From NCBI GenBank assembly GCA_963676565.1, contig OY781089.1, positions 256,001 to 320,000 of the forward strand: a stretch of 64,000 nucleotides of DNA. Reading direction: 5' to 3'. The stretch comes from Halarcobacter sp. (lineage in GTDB: Bacteria > Campylobacterota > Campylobacteria > Campylobacterales > Arcobacteraceae). Under the pieces are notes generated by a model. It searched no databases and was not told the origin of the DNA. It saw only the letters and a list, made by a program, of their open reading frames with translations. Both the position numbers and the translations under genes were made by a program. Positions 1-9,000 of this stretch are shown here, piece by piece. Each line of letters begins with the position of its first letter. Position 1 is the stretch's first letter.

Positions 1-3000
1 AATCAGCATCATGTCCATTAAAGTCAACATCCATAGTTTTTTCTAAACCTAGATAGTAATTTGTGGCATGTTCAGATAAATCATGGCTAACTAGATGTGC
101 AAATGTATAATTTGAACCAGAATATACTAAATCATCATGATTGTTCATTGACAGATCATTTAAAAATGCGATAGCTTGAGAAGTACTCATCCATCCAAAA
201 TTTGCAGAACAAGAGTTGAATAGTGTTAAGTTAACTTCAGTTTCACCATTTGCTGCATAAGCTTGAATTGTTGAGATAACTGATGCTTTTGCAATTTCAA
301 ATCTTGTAGTCCAATTATCATTGCTATCTTTTACCCCATCATTCATAGAACCAGAAACATCTAAAGTAAATAATAGATTTGTAGTAGCATCACCAAATAC
401 TAAACTATTAGTTTCGTCATAACTCACTGGTAAACTATCAGGAACAATCAATTTAAACTCACTACTTATTTGTGCTTCAAGTGGACAATTATCTGGATCT
501 GCAGGAGTAATTTCTCCATTTAAGCTCTCTTCTGATTTAGCAGTAATTGTTAAAACATACTCATCAGGAGTAATTCCATCAGGTACTGAAACTTTAATAG
601 CATCCATATCCCAAGATTTTACATCTACATAATCAAGTGCTGCAGTTGCAGTAAATGTATGTGCTCCATCAGAAATAGTAAACCCTTCAGGTAAATTATC
701 AACAATTATACTTTTAAAGCTTTCTGAACCATCTAAATCAACTAATTCTGAAGAGATTGCAAAATAAGCATCATTACCACTTTCAATAGTTAACTCAGTT
801 TGACTTGATACTAACTCAGTAAATCTTACATCGTGAATTAAGAAGTCATCACCCTCTTGTTTAGCTGAAATTCTAATCTCATCAAAACTTCCACCATTTG
901 GTAATGCAAAAGTATATGGTCCATCAATAGTATCAGTTTGTGCTGCATCATAGTGTTCTTGAGAACCTATTTTTACACCATCTTTATAGAAGTCTACAAT
1001 TGCAACTTCTCCATCACCGTCACCATTGTCATAGCTATGTTTCCATGCATAACTAACATCTACACTAGTTAATGCATTTTCAAACTCAATAGCAATAACC
1101 TCAGAACCTTCTCCTGGATGATAGTTTATCTCTGTATCATTACCTGGATTTTCACCACTTGGAACAGTTGATTGAACACCAAAACCATCATGTGTTGTGC
1201 CTGTTACAATTGAAATTGGTGCTTCATCTAATTCTCCATCTCCATCATTGTCATAATGGTAATATGCTTTAACTGTATATCCACCACTTGTATCATTTAC
1301 ATTAGTTAAATCAATTGTTGTAGTATTTTCTGTACTTCCTAAAACACTTAATGTTGGAGCATCTGCTACAGGTGAAACGTCAATAGTCATAACTGAAGAT
1401 GTAGAAGTCCATGTTGCAGTATTATCTGTAGAGATACTAAAGTTAAACTGCGCATAATCATTTTGTTGATCACCAGTTCCTGCATCATGATATTCATCTC
1501 TTCCAGATTGATGTAAATCAGGTAAAAATGTAAGTTTTCCATCATCTATATCAGTTGAACTAATCTCAATTGGTGCAGCTATTGCTACTCCATTTAATAA
1601 TATAGTCCCAAGTACTGGTAAAGAGTCTATTCTAACAGTAGTTGCATCACTGTCGAAATCATCTAAAGTAAATGTATAGCTTATATCTTCACAAGTTATT
1701 ACATTTGTATCAATTGGTGTATTAATTGTGATATTTAAATTAGCAGTTGCACTATCTCCATCTCCATCTGTAACAGTATAAGGAATAGTTAATGTCTCAA
1801 TCCCAGAATCTTTATCAAGCTGTGAAATTGTATATCCTGGTGTTGCTGTATCTAATCCTGTAGCTGTAAGTTTAATAATTGTTTCACCTAAACTATTTTT
1901 ACCAATTAAAGTTGTAAGATCATCAGATACTCCATCATTTGCATAACTCCAAGTAACTGTTCCAACTGAACCACTTACAATTATCTCATCGAAACCATCA
2001 GATAAGTTTTCATCTCCCCAATTAAAGGCTTCTTTATCACCATCAAGTTTAACTCCAGTTCCATCAGCTGCTCCATCTGCACCGAAGCTAAAGTCAAATG
2101 TGCCAGATGCATTTACTACAGTTCCTTGTAAAGTAGCCGATAAATCTGCTGGATTATCAACTTCAAGTACATTTGACGAAACTAATGACAAGTAAGTTGT
2201 ACTTACATTTGTTCCTATTCCTACTGAATAAACTCCTGCAATATTATTTGATGAATCATTTACAAATGTATTCCAAGTATTTAATGTAGGAGAATCTACA
2301 TAAGGTGTGCCATCATGATCTTCAAATCCATCTACATGGTTACCACTTGTATAATCGTTTGGATTATAAGTTGTAGAGTCATTCATCTCTACAGTTGGGT
2401 AACCATCTGATAAGAAATAAACATATGTATCTCCACCATTTGGTGAAACTGAATAGCTACCTACTGTTTCTTGTAGTGCGTCTTCATAGTTTGTCCAACC
2501 ACCATCACTTAAATTAGTTAAATATGTAGTAACTTCAGATGCGCTCATCCAAGTTCCATTTCCAAATGCAGTTGTACTAAATGTATTAATTTGAATCAAT
2601 ACATCTCTTCCTTGTGATTCATACTCTGAAATTAGATCTTCAATTGACTCTTTTGCAATCTCTAATCTAGTTTTAGATGTTCCTGCTACATCATTATCCA
2701 TACTTGATGATACATCTAATGTAAATACTAAATTAACAGGTTTTGAATCTACTTCAACTGTTTTTGAAACATCATTAGCAGATGCGATATCATCTGCAAT
2801 CTCAATAGTAATCGTATCTGTTGCTTTAGTTCCATTTCCATCTATTATCTCTACTTCTAAAGATAAATCTGATAATAAATCTTCTACATTCATTTGTTGA
2901 TGATCTACATTCTCATGTAATGTAAATGTATACTCACTATTTGCTGGGTCTAATGAAATAGTAAATATTGGTGTCCCATTCTCATCTACTCCTGTTATTG

Positions 3001-6000
3001 TTTGATTATTATTAGAATACTCTAATGTTATATCAAGCCCTTCTGCTGTTATTGATGTTGTTTGATTCCCTGTAAATTGAATGCTTCCTGCTCCATCATC
3101 TCCAAAGTCAAATGTCAATGCTTTTGTTTCTGTATATACATTATTATATCCATCTGTATCAGTTGTATTGATTGATGGTAATGCATCTTCATCTACAAGT
3201 GCATCTTCTACTGTAATTGTTGGGATATCATCTACTGGAATAATTACATCTATTTCTAAGTTAGCTGTTACGCTATCTCCATCTCCATCTGTAATTGTAT
3301 ATGGTACTTTTAGACTCTCTATACCACTTTCTTTATCTAACTGTGTTACTACATATTTTGGAGAATTTGTATAAATATCTGTTGCTTCTATTTTTACAAC
3401 TACTTCTCCATTACTATTTGTCCCTGTAATCAATGTTCCATCTGCTGAAACTACCCAAGTAACATTTGTTATATCATTACCATTTGAGTCTTTTGCTGTT
3501 GGTGTTTCCCATGTAAATGCTAATTTATCTCCATCTTGTTTAGTCCCTGTTCCATCTGCTGCTCCATCTGCTCCAAATGAGAAATCTAGACTACCAGTTT
3601 CATAAACAACTGTCCCTTGTAATGTTGAAACTAAATCTGCTGGATCATCTACAATTGTTACATCACTTGAAACTTGTTCTAAATAACTTTCATTTACATT
3701 TGTTCCTATCCCTACTGCGAATACTTCTTCTATATTATTTGCTGGATTTGATACAAATGCATTCCATGCATCTAATCTTGCTGCATCTATATATCCTGTA
3801 TCTGCAGTCGCACCATCTATTCCATCTTGGTCATTACCATCTGTTACATCACCTACTGTTGAAGTTGAATCATCCATCTCTACAGTTGGGTAACCATCTG
3901 ATATAAAGTATGCATAAGTTGTCCCTGTTGGAACTGTTGAACTTTCATAAGCTGTTTGAGTAACTGCTAATGCATCTTCATAATTTGTCCAACCATTATC
4001 ATTTAATGTATTTAAAAAGGCTGACAATTCACTCGCTGTCATCCATTTCCCATTTTCTGCTGAATCTGCACTTGTACTAAATGTATTTACTTGTATCAAT
4101 ACATCTCTTCCTTGTGCTTGATAATCTGCTACTACTTGTTCCATTGCTTCTATTGCAATCTCTAATCTTGTTTGTGATGTACCTGCTACATCATTCCCCA
4201 TACTTCCTGATACATCTAATGTAAATACTAAGTTTACTGCTTCTGGATTTAAATCTATTGTTGTCTCTGTATCATTTGCTTCTGGCATATCATCTTCAAC
4301 AACAACATTTAATGTTCCTGTATCAGTTGCACCTTTTGCATCTTTTACATATACTCCTACATCAAATCCTACTACATCTTCAACTGAATTTGTTGGATGA
4401 TCTATTTGATTTAATTGAGTAACAGTATAGTCACCATTACTATCAACTTCGATTTTAATAACCTCTTGCCAATCTGGATTTGAAGTTGTTCCGTTATTAA
4501 TTTTACCAACTAATGTATCCGTATCCTCTCCACTCCACTCTACTGTTTTACCTTCTGAAGTTAATGTCGATGTTGGTGCTGTTAATTTAACTGTTAAAGC
4601 ATCACCATCTGGATCTGATGCAACACTTCCTGTTTGAACTACTTTATTTGTTGTATCATCCCCTGCATTTTCACCTGTTGTATCTTTTAATCCACCAGAT
4701 AAACCTTCATCAGAAACTCTTACACTTGCATCTGTTACAACTGGTGGCTCATTATCTGTTTTACCATCAATTGTAATTGTTAATGTTGTTGTACTTGTAT
4801 CCCCATCACTATCTGTAATAGTATATGTAAACTCTTCTGTTAATGTTTGTCCATCATCTAATGCTAATACTCTTGAATCTGCATTATCTAAATCATATGT
4901 ATATGAACCATCTGAATTTAGTGTAATCTTTCCATATTCACCATCAAATGAACTTCCTACATTTCCTGATACTGGATTTGTTGTATCATTACCTTTTGCA
5001 ACTCCCGTTACATATACTGGTGCATCATCACTATCTGCTCCAATATCATCTGCTACATCTCCTGTTTGTCCATTTCCATAAACATTACCACTTAATGTAT
5101 CTGTTTTCTCATTCATAGATCTTACGTCTGCATTTGCTACTGGTACATCATCTACAATTGTTACTGTTAATGTTCCTGTTGCGTCATCTCCATCTGGATC
5201 TACAATTTTTAATGAAATTTCATCTTTTATCTCATTATTATTTGTTGGATGATCTAGGTTATCTTTTAATGTATATTCATAACTAACTAATCCTGTATTC
5301 TCATCATAACCTGTAATAATTAATGTTCCTTTTACAGTATCAATTGGCGAAGAATTCGTATTATTTGTATCTAATAATTCTGCTTTTGTAAATGTTGTTC
5401 CACCAATTTCAACTTTAGTAATTCCATCAGGAGAAGTAATTTTAAATACTCCTGTATCTTTTTCACTATCATCACTTGAATCATCTAAACCTTTTTCATA
5501 TACAATTGATGAAGGATCATTTAAATCTGGATTTGGATCAATTGTTGGTTTATCATCAATTCCTATATTTAAGTTAGCGCTTGCACTATCACCATCTCCA
5601 TCTGTTACAGTAAATGGCATTACTAAATCATCAATCCCACTATTTTTGTCTAATTGTGTTATTTCATATTTTGGATCAGTTGTAATATCTTTTGCTTCTA
5701 CTTTAATTACTACATCACCATTAATTTTTCCTACAATTGTTTGCCCATCTGATGATACTGTCCAATCAACACTTACATCATTTCCATCTGCATCTTTTGC
5801 TGTTGGTGTTTGCCATTCAAATGCTAATTTATTATCATCTAATTTAATCCCTGTTCCATCTGCTGCTCCATCTGCTCCAAATGAAAAGTCTAAGTCTCCT
5901 GATTTATTAATCATTGTTGATAATAATTGTGTAGATAAATCATCTGAATCTACTATTGTTGTATCTGAAGAGATTTGTTTTAAGTATGTGTCATCAGTCA

Positions 6001-9000
6001 TTTCAATTCCAACGGCATACACACCTTGAATATTATTTGCAGGATCAGAAACAAATGCATCCCAAGCATCTACTCTTGCTTGATCTAAATATGTGTCTTC
6101 ATTATTAAGGAAGGTATATGGATTATCATCTACATTATCTAAGTTATAACTTCCTGTTGTATCGTCTGGATCTACTGTTCTATCATCTAACTCTGTTGTT
6201 GGAACTCCATCTGATAAGAAATATATATATGTATCACCCTCTACTGGTGTTGTATAATGTTGCTGTGTTTCATATAATGCATCTTCATAGTTTGTTAATC
6301 CTGTTGCAGTTAAGTTTAATTTACTATTTAAATCTGCAGAATCAAACCATCCTGAAGTAGAATTTACTTCTGAACTAAATGTATTAATCTGTACATTTAC
6401 ATCTCTTCCTTGATTTTCATATTCACTTACTAAATCTTTAATTGCATTAATTGCTTTTTCTAATTTACTTCCTGAACCATTACCCATACTTCCTGATACA
6501 TCTAATGTAAATACTAAATTAATTGGTTCTAATGTTGTATCTATTGAAACATTAGTATTATTAGCAGATGCGATATCATCTGCAATCTCAATAGTAATCG
6601 TATCTGTTGCTCTAGTTCCATTTCCATCTATTATCTCTACTTCTAAAGATAAATCTGATAATAAATCTTCTACATTCATTTGTTGATGATCTACATTCTC
6701 ATGTAATGTAAATGTATACTCACTATTTGCTGGGTCTAATGAAATAGTAAATATTGGTGTCCCATTCTCATCTACTCCTGTTATTGTTTGATTATTATTA
6801 GAATACTCTAATGTTATATCAAGCCCTTCTGCTGTTATTGATGTTGTTTGATTCCCTGTAAATTGAATGCTTCCTGCTCCATCATCTCCAAAGTCAAATG
6901 TCAATGCTTTTGTTTCTGTATATACATTATTATATCCATCTGTATCAGTTGTATTGATTGATGGTAATGCATCTTCATCTACAAGTGCATCTTCTACTGT
7001 AATTGTTGGGATATCATCTACTGGAATAATTACATCTATTTCTAAGTTAGCTGTTACGCTATCTCCATCTCCATCTGTAATTGTATATGGTACTTTTAGA
7101 CTCTCTATACCACTTTCTTTATCTAACTGTGTTACTACATATTTTGGAGAATTTGTATAAATATCTGTTGCTTCTATTTTTACAACTACTTCTCCATTAC
7201 TATTTGTCCCTGTAATCAATGTTCCATCTGCTGAAACTACCCAAGTAACATTTGTTATATCATTACCATTTGAGTCTTTTGCTGTTGGTGTTTCCCATGT
7301 AAATGCTAATTTATCTCCATCTTGTTTAGTCCCTGTTCCATCTGCTGCTCCATCTGCTCCAAATGAGAAATCTAGACTACCAGTTTCATAAACAACTGTC
7401 CCTTGTAATGTTGAAACTAAATCTGCTGGATCATCTACAATTGTTACATCACTTGAAACTTGTTCTAAATAACTTTCATTTACATTTGTTCCTATCCCTA
7501 CTGCGAATACTTCTTCTATATTATTTGCTGGATTTGATACAAATGCATTCCATGCATCTAATCTTGCTGCATCTATATATCCTGTATCTGCAGTCGCACC
7601 ATCTATTCCATCTTGGTCATTACCATCTGTTACATCACCTACTGTTGAAGTTGAATCATCCATCTCTACAGTTGGGTAACCATCTGATATAAAGTATGCA
7701 TAAGTTGTCCCTGTTGGAACTGTTGAACTTTCATAAGCTGTTTGAGTAACTGCTAATGCATCTTCATAATTTGTCCAACCATTATCATTTAATGTATTTA
7801 AAAAGGCTGACAATTCACTCGCTGTCATCCATTTCCCATTTTCTGCTGAATCTGCACTTGTACTAAATGTATTTACTTGTATCAATACATCTCTTCCTTG
7901 TGCTTGATAATCTGCTACTACTTGTTCCATTGCTTCTATTGCAATCTCTAATCTTGTTTGTGATGTACCTGCTACATCATTCCCCATACTTCCTGATACA
8001 TCTAATGTAAATACTAAGTTTACTGCTTCTGGATTTAAATCTATTGTTGTCTCTGTATCATTTGCTTCTGGTGTGTCATCATCAATATTAATATTTAAAC
8101 TTCCAGAAACTTTATCCCCATCTGCATCTTTTACATCATATGTTATGGCAAAGTTTACATTGTTTTCTGTATCATCTCCAACTAAACCATCTAAAGTTGG
8201 ATGAGATATTGGTGCTTCTTGTGTAACTGTGTAATCACCCGTTGCAGAATCAACAGTTATAGTTGCAACTAAAACAGGATTTGCTCCACCTTGATCTTGA
8301 TAAATTGATAATAAAGATCCATCAGCATTAGGAGTTGCTGTTAATCCATATGAATTGCTATCAATACCTGTAAGTTCAACACTTCCTGCCCCATCTGTCC
8401 CAAAATCAAAATTTAATGTACCAGTTGCATTTGAAGAATCTATATCATCTTCAATTCCTCCAGCATTTCCATTTGGCATAGTATCATCATCTAATTTCAC
8501 TAAATCATTTAACCCTGCACTTGGTCCATCATCTTTTATATTAAATACACCTACATCTACACTTGTATCACTTGATGCTAATGCTACTGTTGCTGTATCT
8601 GTATCTCCATCTGCATCTGTTACTGTTTGTGTTAAGTTTATTGATACATCTTCATTATTTAGTTGTCCTAGTACTAGGCTCTCTGTATCATTATCACTTG
8701 TTGTATCTGAATGCCATACATTCTTTGTTTGTGTAAAGGTTACTGTTGATCCTGTATTACTAATTGTAAAGTATGTTGTTGTCCCTACTTTACCTACTAT
8801 CTCTCCATTCTCTTCACTTAATAAAATCTCTGCACCTTTTGCGCCATTAACACCTAATGCATATAATCCTGATGCTACACCTGATACTGTTGTTCCTGTT
8901 GCATCTGTTAAGCTTAGTGAGTAACTTGTACTTCCTGCTCCATCTGTTCCATATACTTCTGATGCTGTTACTCCACCTACTCCTACTACTTTAAATAAGC